DNA of 64,000 bases from Methanothrix sp. (GCA_963682135.1 OY821645.1:1856001-1920000); one strand, 5' to 3'. Positions 31,054 to 40,931 are shown, counted from the first letter of the stretch. Made by a program: numbers and translations. Notes: generated by a model from the letters alone, not told the origin.

Positions 31054-31320
31054 TCAAGAATCTTTTCGCGCTCTTACTGCCTCAAGGCCGCGGATAAGAC
31101 TCCACCACACAAAGTAGTCCTGATCATCCCCCAGGACGCCGATTTCAAATTTATTCCAGAATTCTGAGGATGTCATGCCGTATTTTTGCTCCATATCCTT
31201 TATTTCGGAAAGAACCAGCCTCTCTCTTGTTTCGAAGAGGGCAAGCTCTCTACGAAGTGCATCCTGGATAATGGGGTCCGCATCGGCTTTCTTGGCATCA
31301 GCTCCCATAATCGTATTCAT
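31054..31320 (-). CDS. Small antitoxin-like protein (E.KYGM.S.EF..F..G.LGDD.DY..W family), no partner toxin seen
   Basis: MEQKYGMTSSEFWNKFEIGVLGDDQDYFVW motif; start uncertain. Confidence 0.55.
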   Translation of the reverse strand: MNTIMGADAKKADADPIIQDALRRELALFETRERLVLSEIKDMEQKYGMTSSEFWNKFEIGVLGDDQDYFVWWSLIRGLEAVRARKDS

Positions 31321-31416
31321 ACACCGCATAAGAATAAAATCCTTATGGCCACAGACCATAAAACTTGGAACACTTCTGTAAGCTCTGCATCAGGGGTGAG
31401 GGACCAGCACCGTCCA

Positions 31417-31480
31417 CCCGCTCGCATGCGCACTTGCCCGCCCGAACGCGCCCGCGGGCAAGCTTTGCGCCGGGAGCGGG
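31417..31480. other. Long GC-rich imperfect hairpin downstream of the ferredoxin gene
   Basis: Nested pairing CCCGCTC/GAGCGGG, GCGCA/TGCGC and CTTGCCCGC/GCGGGCAAG. Confidence 0.7.
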
Positions 31481-31540
31481 AGCCCTGTGTTGAGATTGCA
31501 GAAGAATGAATTGTCGCAGCGATAAAAACAGAAAAAAGGT

Positions 31541-31795
31541 TTACTCTGTGCTGATGGCTTGCACCGGGCAGGACTTGGCGCATCTCCCGCACCCGGTGCA
31601 CTTTTCCTTATCCACGACTGCGACGCCCTGGTCATTTAAGGATACGGCTCCAGCGGGGCACTCATCAACGCAAGCTCCACAGCCAATGCATTTGTTCTCG
31701 TCCACCGAGGCAGGCATCAATTTGGTGACTGCATAGGCTGAGCCCACCAGAAGACAGACAACAGCCAGCGCAACAATCAATCTTTTATGTTCCAT
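31541..31795 (-). CDS. 2[4Fe-4S] ferredoxin with an N-terminal signal-peptide/TM extension
   Basis: CIGCGACVDECP and CTGCGRCAKSCP, preceded in frame by MEHKRLIVALAVVCLLVGSAYA. Confidence 0.85.
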   Translation of the reverse strand: MEHKRLIVALAVVCLLVGSAYAVTKLMPASVDENKCIGCGACVDECPAGAVSLNDQGVAVVDKEKCTGCGRCAKSCPVQAISTE

Positions 31796-32066
31796 TTTAT
31801 CAAACACCATCCCATTTGAATCGTCATTTGAATTTGAGAATCGTTTCCTGTCGATCTCATCTTCAATATGCTCTTGCACGGAACGATATTTAAAGATAAA
31901 GGCGAACGAACGCCCTCTCCTGGATGAAGCAGACAGAGTAAAATGAATTAGGCCGTTCGTAATTTAGATCTGATCATTTTAAATGTTCTAAATTGTATTT
32001 TGCCAGGCATTAATCGCCGGAAATCCTAATTAAAAGTGAATTTATAGATTTTGGCGCATCACGTTA

Positions 32067-32498
32067 TTATTTCCTATTTTTCACCAGGGTGAGTACATTC
32101 TTTCCGTCTCGAAACTCGAAAAACATCCCATCCACATAGCACCGGATGAGATGGATTCCCAGACCACCAACGGGACGGTCCTTTGCATCGTCCTGGGATA
32201 GGGCCACGATATGAACTGTGGGATCGAATGGAGTTCCTTCGTCCTCGATGATCAGCTCCAGCCGATCGCCATACACTCTGGCAGCAATATGAATCGTGCC
32301 TCCTTTGTCGGGATAGGCGTACTTGGCAACATTGGTGCAAGCCTCTTCTACGGCCAGTTGAAGCTCCATTATCTTTCGCGAATCAAAACCAGCAAGACCC
32401 ATCAAACGTTCGATGAAGTCAACGAGGACGGTAATCTGTTCGATTGTTGCCGCTACTGTGATCTCCTGCTCATATTCTGTTGCTTCCATTGGCATCAC
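32067..32498 (-). CDS. RsbW/SpoIIAB-like GHKL Ser kinase (anti-sigma-type)
   Basis: LAVEEACTN, IEDEGTPFDP and GGLGIHLI. Confidence 0.92.
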   Translation of the reverse strand: MMPMEATEYEQEITVAATIEQITVLVDFIERLMGLAGFDSRKIMELQLAVEEACTNVAKYAYPDKGGTIHIAARVYGDRLELIIEDEGTPFDPTVHIVALSQDDAKDRPVGGLGIHLIRCYVDGMFFEFRDGKNVLTLVKNRK

Positions 32499-32505
32499 GA
32501 TTCAA

Positions 32506-32856
32506 TCACAATTCGTCTTGCAGTTTAGTGCCGTTCAGAGCCTCTCCCTGGTTAGGATAGATAGAGAATAGCCGGGTAAAGCCGGTCATCTCGAAGACCT
32601 CTATTACGAACGGCTGCAGAGATACCAGCTTTAAACCTCCCTTCCTGGGCAGGACCTTCTTTTGCGTAGCGAGTAAAACCCGCAATCCAACACTGCTGAT
32701 ATACACCACGCCCTCCAAATCGAGCACAATCTCTGATTTGTTCTGATCTATCAGTTCATTCAGGATGGTCTCGAGATCCTTATAGGTGCTGCCGTCGATT
32801 CTACCGGAAACGGAGACAATGGGCACGTTATCGATGCTGGTCTGGTTTATATCCAT
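32506..32856 (-). CDS. STAS-domain RsbV/SpoIIAA-like anti-anti-sigma protein
   Basis: GRID, LDLEGVVYISSVGLRVLL and VFEMTGF. Confidence 0.92.
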   Translation of the reverse strand: MDINQTSIDNVPIVSVSGRIDGSTYKDLETILNELIDQNKSEIVLDLEGVVYISSVGLRVLLATQKKVLPRKGGLKLVSLQPFVIEVFEMTGFTRLFSIYPNQGEALNGTKLQDEL

Positions 32857-32867
32857 AAGATATCACA

Positions 32868-35315
32868 TCACACCGCTTTTACTACTACCATGGTAATATC
32901 ATCAAACTGAGCCTGGCCTGCACAAAATTGAGATATATCATCCAGTATTTTGTCCAGTATCCCCTGGGCACTGAGGAGGCAAGATTCTCGAACAATGGAA
33001 CAGAACCGTTCAATGCCGTACTGCTCGGAGTTGCTGTTCTCTGCTTCATTTACGCCGTCTGTATAGAGCACAAGGACGTCTCCTGAGGATAGATCGACTC
33101 TGCGCTCCTCATATTTCGCTCCTCCGATCGCCCCCAGAGCAATGCCCGTCACTTCCAAATTCTCAAAGGCATTGCTGCCGTTGCGCATGAGCAATGGCGG
33201 AGGATGTCCGGCATTGGCGTAAATCAGGCTTCGCGAATTCTGATCCAAAACCCCGTAAAAGAGGGTAACGAACATGCCCAGCTTTGAGTCTGCCGAGATC
33301 ATGTTATTCGCATCCTCCAGCACATCGGTTCCTTTTTCATGATGTGTGGCGTTAACCCTAACAATAGTGCGCGAAAGGGCCATGAACAGAGCTGCAGGCA
33401 CGCTCTTTCCCGATACGTCGGCTATGACCATTCCCAGCTTTCCTTCTCCGGGTATAAAGTCGTAAAAATCACCACCCACCTCCATGGCGGGAATGAACGT
33501 AGCCGCCAGATCGAAACCTGGTAGGGGTGGGATTCGCTCCGGCAAAAAGCTCCGTTGTATATCGGAAGCAATGCGAAGCTCCGATTTGGATCTCTCCAGA
33601 GTCTGCTCAGTTCTTCGCATATTGGTGATATCTCGAATTGACTCGATGGATCCCGCAATATTGCCCTGTGAGTCGTAAAGCGGCGTGGCTTTGGCCCAGA
33701 TAAAGGAGCCTGTCGGACCGAAAGTGGGGATGAAGATCTCGCTGGTGAGTGTCTTGCCGTCCCTTTGCAGGCCGGGATAATTCATCTGGACCTCTTCGTC
33801 TGCTCGAAGCACCAGATCGGCCAGGATCGGCCTTTTCATGCCGTAAAAAGGCAAAGCGTATTCGTAGTCGCCCTTGCCGACCATATCCCGGGCCGGGGCT
33901 CCCGTCATCTTCTCCATGGCGCGATTCCAGGTAAGGACAACCCCCTGATTATCGATGGCAAACGTGGCATCCGGCAGGAAGTCGATAACCTCAGCTAAAC
34001 GCTGCTTCATTGCCGCGATCTCCTCCTCAGCCTTCTTTCTGTCGGTGATATCCCTTATCGATTCGATGGAACCGGCAATATTTCCCTCTGAGTCGAAAAG
34101 CGGGGTTGCTTTGGCCCAGATATGTGAACCATGAGGTCCGAAGGTGGGGATAAATATCTCAGTCAAGAGCGTGTTGCCATCTTTTTGTAAATCTGGATAA
34201 TTTTTTTGCACCTCTTCGTTTTCCCATAGCACCAGATCGGCCAGGATCGGCCTTCTCATGCCGTAAAAAGGCAGAGCGTATTCGTAGTCACCCTTGCCGA
34301 TCATATCCTGGGCCGAGGCTCCCGTCATCTTCTCCATGGCCTGGTTCCAGGTGAGGACGGTTCCATGCTTATCAATGGCCAGTGTTGCATCCGGCAAGAA
34401 GTCTATGACATCGGCCAGACGTTGCTTCATTGCCGCGATCTTCTCCTCCGCCAATTTGCGCTTGGAAATATTCATAGCAACATGGACCACTCCATGAATC
34501 CGACCGTCTCTTCCTTTTATGCCGTTGCTGCGAGTTATCCAGGTCTTGCCGTCCGGGGTGACCAGTTCACCCTCATGGGAATTGCCGGTTTGCAGCGTTA
34601 AGGCAGCTTTGCAACCAGGGCAGGGTGCATCAATCCCTTGAATTGATTCATAGCAGTATTTCCCACGTAGGTCTTGCAGAGAACGGCCCAAAGATCTTTG
34701 TACGGCGGAATTGACCCAGATGATGCGCATCCCTGGGTCAAGGTACTCAACCGCCACATTTCTCAGGCTGCTGAGGATGGCCTCTTTTTCCTGTTCAGAT
34801 TTGAGCAGAGCTTCTTCTCCTTTCTTTCTCCCTGTAATATCTCGGATGGATTCAATGGCACCCGCAATCTCTCCCTGGGTGTCATAAAGAGGCGCGGCCT
34901 TGGCCCACAGATACGAGCCATTGTCTCCAAACGTGGGTATGAAGATCTCAACCGTTAGGGTTTTTCCTTCTCTTTGCAGCATGTCGTATTTGCCTTCAAC
35001 TTCATCCAGAGGCATCAACACAAGGTCTACCAGAATCGGTCGCCTAATTCCGTAAAAAGGCAGAGCATATTCATAGTTGCCTTTGCCGATCATATCCTGG
35101 GCCGAGGCTCCCGTCATCTTCTCCATGGCCCGGTTCCAGGTGATCACTTTTCCTTCTCTGTCGATAGCTAAAATAGCATCGGGCAAAAAGTCAATGACGT
35201 CAGATAGGAGACCCTTGCCTCTTGATTCCTTTAGGTCTTCTGAGGTACATTTTTCGAATAAGGCATGCGCAGAGTGCGCCTCTTGTTCTTGTTTCATCAA
35301 TATTCGCTCTTGCAC
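32868..35315 (-). CDS. Multi-PAS SpoIIE/RsbU-type PP2C phosphatase
   Basis: Four PAS domains (three are close duplicates), then IQRSFLP, VGGDFYD, ADVSGK, NAGH, YTDG and DDIT. Confidence 0.93.
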   Translation of the reverse strand: MQERILMKQEQEAHSAHALFEKCTSEDLKESRGKGLLSDVIDFLPDAILAIDREGKVITWNRAMEKMTGASAQDMIGKGNYEYALPFYGIRRPILVDLVLMPLDEVEGKYDMLQREGKTLTVEIFIPTFGDNGSYLWAKAAPLYDTQGEIAGAIESIRDITGRKKGEEALLKSEQEKEAILSSLRNVAVEYLDPGMRIIWVNSAVQRSLGRSLQDLRGKYCYESIQGIDAPCPGCKAALTLQTGNSHEGELVTPDGKTWITRSNGIKGRDGRIHGVVHVAMNISKRKLAEEKIAAMKQRLADVIDFLPDATLAIDKHGTVLTWNQAMEKMTGASAQDMIGKGDYEYALPFYGMRRPILADLVLWENEEVQKNYPDLQKDGNTLLTEIFIPTFGPHGSHIWAKATPLFDSEGNIAGSIESIRDITDRKKAEEEIAAMKQRLAEVIDFLPDATFAIDNQGVVLTWNRAMEKMTGAPARDMVGKGDYEYALPFYGMKRPILADLVLRADEEVQMNYPGLQRDGKTLTSEIFIPTFGPTGSFIWAKATPLYDSQGNIAGSIESIRDITNMRRTEQTLERSKSELRIASDIQRSFLPERIPPLPGFDLAATFIPAMEVGGDFYDFIPGEGKLGMVIADVSGKSVPAALFMALSRTIVRVNATHHEKGTDVLEDANNMISADSKLGMFVTLFYGVLDQNSRSLIYANAGHPPPLLMRNGSNAFENLEVTGIALGAIGGAKYEERRVDLSSGDVLVLYTDGVNEAENSNSEQYGIERFCSIVRESCLLSAQGILDKILDDISQFCAGQAQFDDITMVVVKAV

Positions 35316-35530
35316 ATCACGGCTGAAATCCCTTCATGGCAATGGGCTTGGCAGGAATCTGGTCTGACAAGGGAATGCCCATGGCCGGTCTAGAGCATAA
35401 CACGTTAGCGTTTAACACTTTGATCTTATTTAAGCATTGACTTGATCGCATATCTTGAGGAAAAATATTAAATATTGATGGCAAAATTCATTGATATTCA
35501 GTATGGTTATACCAAAGGAGTGCTTTTGCC

Positions 35531-37249
35531 TTGGAGCCAATGATATCGCAGAGCGTGCCAGGGACCAGGAATGTCACTATCTATCCCTACCTACGCAAGA
35601 TCGACCTCATGTCATCTAATTCTTACCTTCTCTCCAGCCCGGGCCAAATCGCTCTTATCGATCCGGGCGGTATGGAAAGCCAGATCAACCGCCTGGAAGA
35701 AGAGATTCAAATTCTACAAGATGAGCTGTCCCGTCCGCTTGTGGTCTATCTTACACATGTGCATATCGATCACTGGCAACAGTTGTTGGAATGTAAAAAA
35801 TCATCTCTGCTTGCAAAAGCCTTTCTGGCCGTGCAGGAGAAGGGGGCCCAGGCTTTGGAGACGAATGATCCTCGGATGACCCTCTCCATGCTCCTCGATA
35901 GGTCCATGTCTGCCCTTCCAGTTGATATACGACTGCTCACCGACCTGGACAAAACCATATTATGTAGCAATTCTCTTGACTTGATGGGATGGCGTTTCGA
36001 TTACGTTACAAAGTCCCGGCGGATCGCCGAGGATATAGTGCTTTATAGCCAGAATGTACCTTTCGGAAGAGAAGACCACCTGGAGATCTATCACACTCCC
36101 GGACACAGTCCGGATAGCGTTTGCATTCGGATTGGGTCGCTGCTCTTGGTAGGAGACATATTCTTTGCTTCTAATCCGGGGATGGCCGGGGCCTATGGCT
36201 GGAACCGGGACGACCTAATGCAATCTATCCTCAAGATTTTGTGGATTCTGGAAAACGAAAATATCCTCCTATGCGGCGGTGGCCACGGCAAATTCATCGA
36301 TGCCCAAACGGCACGAAAGACCCTGAAGGTTATGTACTCAGATGCGGCTTCTTTAACAGACCTGCAGGAGATTACACCCATCTGGGCCAGGAGAATATCA
36401 GACTACGCCCAGGATCTTATAAGCGAGATGGAGAGGATCTTCACCATCATTGCCGGCAGGCTGACCTACATATCTCATGTCCTGGAAAAGCTGGAGGAAG
36501 AGGCGCAGGCCAAAGAGCTGAATTGCCTCATGGACATTCAGTATATGGACGAGCTATTAGTTGACTTCCATTGCTTTGCCAGAGAACTTCATGCCGGAAA
36601 GAAGATCGACTGGGAGATGGTGCATAAGACGGGACAGGTCGTAGGCAGGCTGGACAAGCTTTTTGCCAAGAGGAAGCTGGAATCGGTTCTCGACCAGTCA
36701 CTTCTGGATAGGGCTAGCAGACTGCTAAGCGACTACGCGGCGATTTATCGCGGCTTTCGTCCTCCTTACATAGTATCCCGCGTGGACGTCAACCGATTCG
36801 TTGAGTTGGTCTTGGAGAAGTTGCTTCACAATGTCCATAAAGAAGAGGCGATTATGCAGGCGGAAAGCGCTGAAGACTTTCTGCTGGCACTAAGGCATCG
36901 TATCGCTCAAGTAAACATATTTGATGGCGTAAACCTGGTCTTTTTGCCGGGCTCCGGGGAAGCTTTTGCGCGTATGGATCAAGAGCGTTTTGCCGAGATA
37001 TTGATAGATATGCTGGAGCGGTTTGCAGGGGCGAGGATGAGGGTGATTGAAATCACCACGGCCTTGAACGACGAATGGTTAATGGTGCGCATCACAGGAA
37101 GAAGCGAGTGCAGTTGTCACCCTCTAAGCCGATCCAAGAGATTCTTTGAAAGGAATCTGGCGCTCTCCGGGGGGCTTTTGCAGATCTCTCTTGAGGCAAA
37201 TCGTCCATCTGTGGAGATAGAGTTTGCCGCATTTAAGGAAGAAGGGTGA
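35531..37249 (+). CDS. MBL-fold metallo-hydrolase fused to a helical region and a degenerate histidine-kinase-like C-terminus
   Basis: THVHIDH, HTPGHS, VGD and GHG. The C-terminal ARMDQERFAEILIDML...VEIEF region resembles a HATPase fold without N/G boxes. Confidence 0.75.
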   Translation: MEPMISQSVPGTRNVTIYPYLRKIDLMSSNSYLLSSPGQIALIDPGGMESQINRLEEEIQILQDELSRPLVVYLTHVHIDHWQQLLECKKSSLLAKAFLAVQEKGAQALETNDPRMTLSMLLDRSMSALPVDIRLLTDLDKTILCSNSLDLMGWRFDYVTKSRRIAEDIVLYSQNVPFGREDHLEIYHTPGHSPDSVCIRIGSLLLVGDIFFASNPGMAGAYGWNRDDLMQSILKILWILENENILLCGGGHGKFIDAQTARKTLKVMYSDAASLTDLQEITPIWARRISDYAQDLISEMERIFTIIAGRLTYISHVLEKLEEEAQAKELNCLMDIQYMDELLVDFHCFARELHAGKKIDWEMVHKTGQVVGRLDKLFAKRKLESVLDQSLLDRASRLLSDYAAIYRGFRPPYIVSRVDVNRFVELVLEKLLHNVHKEEAIMQAESAEDFLLALRHRIAQVNIFDGVNLVFLPGSGEAFARMDQERFAEILIDMLERFAGARMRVIEITTALNDEWLMVRITGRSECSCHPLSRSKRFFERNLALSGGLLQISLEANRPSVEIEFAAFKEEG

Positions 37250-37698
37250 CGGGGACGCGTGAATGGGTCAATTTTGCACAATGTCAAGGGCATTGGCCTT
37301 TGGCGGGGCAGCATCCAACTGTCTTTGCAGCCTTAACACCTTCCGGCAGGCTGCGGGTTCACTGGCTGCCGTTTGAATTGCATGGACCTATATAAATGGC
37401 AGGAATATAATATCTTCAGCCCCTATCCCGTTTTAGAGGCTGGATTAAGGCAGATAGCCGGATAGCATTAGTTTGCCATGAGATATTCTCAAAATAGCAC
37501 ATTATCCGAATTTTATCTCCATGCGGAACCATCCTGAACCGTTAAATGGGTTTTAGAACTCTATGGCACGATTTTTGCAGCGAAGTATCAGTTCCAAAAA
37601 ATCATCGTTCTGCTATATCTTTTTATATCGTTCAGAGGAGGTGGATGTTGGGCAATTCACCAATCAGTTGAGTTGATCCTTTATGGAGGTAGTGAAAA

Positions 37699-38307
37699 AT
37701 GAATATGATTAGACTTTTTGTGGCATTAGTGGCTGCATGCATTCTCATCATGCCAGCACTTTCGATGCCCAATGGAATGGGACAAGACCAAAAGCAGTGT
37801 GACTGCCCGAATTTTATGAAGGACTGTAAACAGATGGGTGCCGGCCAAGATGGCAAAGAGAAAGAATGCGGTTGCCAGAAGCCCATGATGGGAGAAGACG
37901 GCAAACAGATGGGACAGGGCCAGGATGGAAATGAGAATGCATTTGGCTGCCAGAAGTCCATGATGGGAGAAGACGGCAAACAGATGGGACAGGGCCAGGA
38001 TGGCAAAGAGAAAGCATTTGGCTGCCAGAAGTCCATGATGGGAGAAGACGGCAAACAGATGGGACAGGGCCAGGATGGCAAAGAGAAAGCATTTGGCTGC
38101 CAGAAGCCCATGATGGGAGAAGACGGCAAACAGATGGGACAGGGCCAGGATGGCAAAGAGAAAGCATTTGGCTGCCAGAAGTCAATGATGGGAGAAGACG
38201 GCAAACAGATGGGACCGGACCATAAATCCATCAAGTCCATGATGGGTGATAAGGGAAGAGAGGATAAGACAGAAGTTAAAATAGTCATAATCAACGTGAA
38301 TACGTGA
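37699..38307 (+). CDS. Secreted Met/Gly/Cys-rich repeat protein
   Basis: GGAGGT RBS, signal peptide, and 25-aa repeat CQK(S/P)MMGEDGKQMGQGQDGKEKAFG. Confidence 0.8.
   Translation: MNMIRLFVALVAACILIMPALSMPNGMGQDQKQCDCPNFMKDCKQMGAGQDGKEKECGCQKPMMGEDGKQMGQGQDGNENAFGCQKSMMGEDGKQMGQGQDGKEKAFGCQKSMMGEDGKQMGQGQDGKEKAFGCQKPMMGEDGKQMGQGQDGKEKAFGCQKSMMGEDGKQMGPDHKSIKSMMGDKGREDKTEVKIVIINVNT
37873..38214. repeat. 75-bp coding tandem repeat, about 4.5 copies
   Basis: TGCCAGAAG.C.ATGATGGGAGAAGACGGCAAACAGATGGGAC recurs every 75 bp. Confidence 0.95.
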
Positions 38308-38437
38308 TTTGCGATAACCTCTCAAAATATCCCCATTATTTTTTTCGGGGGAAAAATTGCGTACATAAATATTATTCTCGGAGTTATGAGGATAATTCTC
38401 AAGTAAACATGGGCTGAATACCGAAAAAATAAAAATT

Positions 38438-39628
38438 ATGAAAAGGGAGAATATTTGCATGAAAAGATGCTCTTGTTTAGCAGTATTGATGCTGCTAATA
38501 GGCAGTAGCTTGATACTACCCGCATCATCCCAGGAACAAGTCACCCAGACGGTTTACGTTTATGATGGAGATTTTAACGGCACGCTCCTCTCTGGTGTGC
38601 AGGTTGCCGGTCAGGATGCTGCAGGAAAAAGTTTTAGCGGGATCACAGACTCAAATGGTGTTGCAGTAGTCAGTGGGCAACCGGGGACCTGGCTGTTCGT
38701 ATTCATAAAGGACGGCTATGAGACACTCGACTTGAGTTATAATGTAACCGAGACAAACGAAGGTGCTGTTTATCTGGTAAAGTCAAATAAACTCACTGAA
38801 CAAATTGCGCCTTCTCTTGACAATTCGCAACCTGAGGCAATATCTAAGGCTAATACGGCATATCAAACGCAGTTAGAGACTAACGCAACTGCATTGATAC
38901 AAACCGCATCATCTCAGGATCAAGTCTCCCAGACGGTCTACGTCTATGATGGAGATTTCAACGGCACGCTCCTCTCAGGAGTACAAGTTGACGGCCAGGA
39001 TGCGGCAGCCACAAGTTTCAGCGGGATTACAGACTCGAATGGAGCCACTGTTGTCAGCGGACAACCGGGAACCTGGCGGTTCGAATTCATAAAAGATGGC
39101 TATGAGACGCTTAAATTGAGTTATAATGTAACCGAAACAGGAGAAGGCGCTGTTTATCTGGTAAAGTCAGAAGAGACCCGGGAGCCAATTGCGCCGTCTC
39201 TTAACAATCAGCAACCTGAGGCAATATCGGAGGATAATGCGACCGATGAAACGCATCGAGAAGGACAAAACTTAACGGCTCTGCAAAAGACTGAGATCAA
39301 TCAACCTGAAACTGCGTCTGCAGAATCCTGGCTTGAAAAAGGCAATTACCTCTATGAACAGGGTAGATACGATGAAGCAGCCCAATCTTATGATAGGTGC
39401 ATATTGCTCAATCCGCAACTCGAAGCTGCCTGGTTCAACAAAGGCAATGCTCTTTACATGCAGGGCAATTATGACAATGCCCTTTCAGCATTCGATAAAG
39501 CTATCGAGATTAGTCCACAAGATGCCAATGCATGGATCTGCCGGGGCTTAACTCTCAAGAAGCTGGATCGAACTATAGAAGCAAATGCTGCACTTATGCA
39601 GGCTAAAGGACTGGGGTATACAGGCTAA
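38438..39628 (+). CDS. Secreted protein with two duplicated beta-sandwich domains and C-terminal TPRs
   Basis: Signal peptide; VYVYDGDFNGTLLSGVQV duplicated 384 bp apart; AWFNKGNAL TPR repeats. Confidence 0.85.
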   Translation: MKRENICMKRCSCLAVLMLLIGSSLILPASSQEQVTQTVYVYDGDFNGTLLSGVQVAGQDAAGKSFSGITDSNGVAVVSGQPGTWLFVFIKDGYETLDLSYNVTETNEGAVYLVKSNKLTEQIAPSLDNSQPEAISKANTAYQTQLETNATALIQTASSQDQVSQTVYVYDGDFNGTLLSGVQVDGQDAAATSFSGITDSNGATVVSGQPGTWRFEFIKDGYETLKLSYNVTETGEGAVYLVKSEETREPIAPSLNNQQPEAISEDNATDETHREGQNLTALQKTEINQPETASAESWLEKGNYLYEQGRYDEAAQSYDRCILLNPQLEAAWFNKGNALYMQGNYDNALSAFDKAIEISPQDANAWICRGLTLKKLDRTIEANAALMQAKGLGYTG

Positions 39629-39709
39629 TTCTGTCAACGGCCAATAATTCTTCGCGGCTTCGCGCCTTCAAATGAGATTCAACATTGTTTTTTTTTCACA
39701 CGACGAATT

Positions 39710-40561
39710 CTATCCCAGCTCAAAGCTTGTCACGCCATAGATTCGGTCCATCGGTAGGTGGGGGTCTTCTTTGGTGTACATGCGCATTGTCTCGAACACG
39801 GGATGCATATGGTGGCGCCTGGCCATGTCCAGAGCAGCGGAGTTTGCAGCTGGTGTATCCAGGAAGACCGGTGCACCCTGTGAAGCATGGCCGCAGAGGG
39901 CGTGAAACAGAGATTTCGCAACATCTTCATCATCGGCAAAAAGCGGCCCGATTTTATAGCCAAGATGACATTGCCTGAGGAGACCGTAGCCCTCCAGTTC
40001 GCCATCATTCACAGATGCGAGTGCAATTCCGCCCGTCTGCTTAATCCATAAATTAGTAAATGCATGCCTGGGCACAGGAAAGTGCTGATCATCATATGCC
40101 AGAAGATCTTTTATGGGAACCTCTGAGAGATATTTTATGTCCTTTGCTTTGTGTTCCTGCCCAGTCCCCACTCCCTGGTGGCGCACACTCTTGTAGCACG
40201 GCAAAAACCCCAAACGTTCATACAGTTTCTGCTGCTCCAGGACACTATCAAGCCCGATGTTCCGGTTCCCCAGATACTTTATCCCAGCATTCCAGACCTC
40301 TGTGCCCAATCCCAGACCTCGGAATGATGGTTGGACAATGTAAAACCCCAGGAACCCGAATGAGTCATTATAGGCTACTGCGGATATGCTTGCTACCGGC
40401 CTGCCATCTAATATGCCCAGGAAGAATCCGTTTGGATCCGTTCCGTAAAAGGTTTCAGCGTCGTGAATTCCAGGATTCCATCCCTCCTGGTTGGCCCAGG
40501 ATATGACGAGATCAACTTCATGGCTTTGTGCCTTCCGGATTGTGTACCCTTCAATAGACAT
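39710..40561 (-). CDS. GNAT acetyltransferase (two-domain YitH-like)
   Basis: WANQEGWNPG, FRGLGLG, LYERLGF and KIGPLFAD. Confidence 0.9.
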   Translation of the reverse strand: MSIEGYTIRKAQSHEVDLVISWANQEGWNPGIHDAETFYGTDPNGFFLGILDGRPVASISAVAYNDSFGFLGFYIVQPSFRGLGLGTEVWNAGIKYLGNRNIGLDSVLEQQKLYERLGFLPCYKSVRHQGVGTGQEHKAKDIKYLSEVPIKDLLAYDDQHFPVPRHAFTNLWIKQTGGIALASVNDGELEGYGLLRQCHLGYKIGPLFADDEDVAKSLFHALCGHASQGAPVFLDTPAANSAALDMARRHHMHPVFETMRMYTKEDPHLPMDRIYGVTSFELG

Positions 40562-40931
40562 TATCGACACCTACATCTCACTCTCTGTGTAAATCCCAGA
40601 GCCCAGATACCAGGTGCTATCGGCGTTCGCTGTGTAACTGAGCTTGAGCGCCTGGGTCATGTTCCTAGATAATATGATTAATATGGAAAAAAGCAACGCC
40701 ATTGCACTTCGATTTGTGAACATAAAGATCCCTACTAGAATGTTAAAGGGTTCTTCATGATTAAAAAAGTTGCTGGAGGTATCTGTAATAAATCTGGCAA
40801 ACAAATTCTCAGTACTTGCCCTTTTGTCCATAACTGACTTCAGCGCATGCCTGTCGGATCATGAATCCATCACGTAGGCAAAGTACATTAACTTAGAATA
40901 TTATCTAATTAAGAACTCATGATTCAGAACA

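Noticed and set aside
37873-38214. Regular repeats as a CRISPR array
   Set aside because: No unique spacers, the period is a multiple of 3 inside an ORF, and there are no cas genes.
40571-40831. ORF ending in TAG exactly in frame with the GNAT gene (possible pyrrolysine read-through)
   Set aside because: The TAG is part of an AGGTG Shine-Dalgarno just upstream of the GNAT ATG, the GNAT is complete without the extension, and no pyl genes are in the window.
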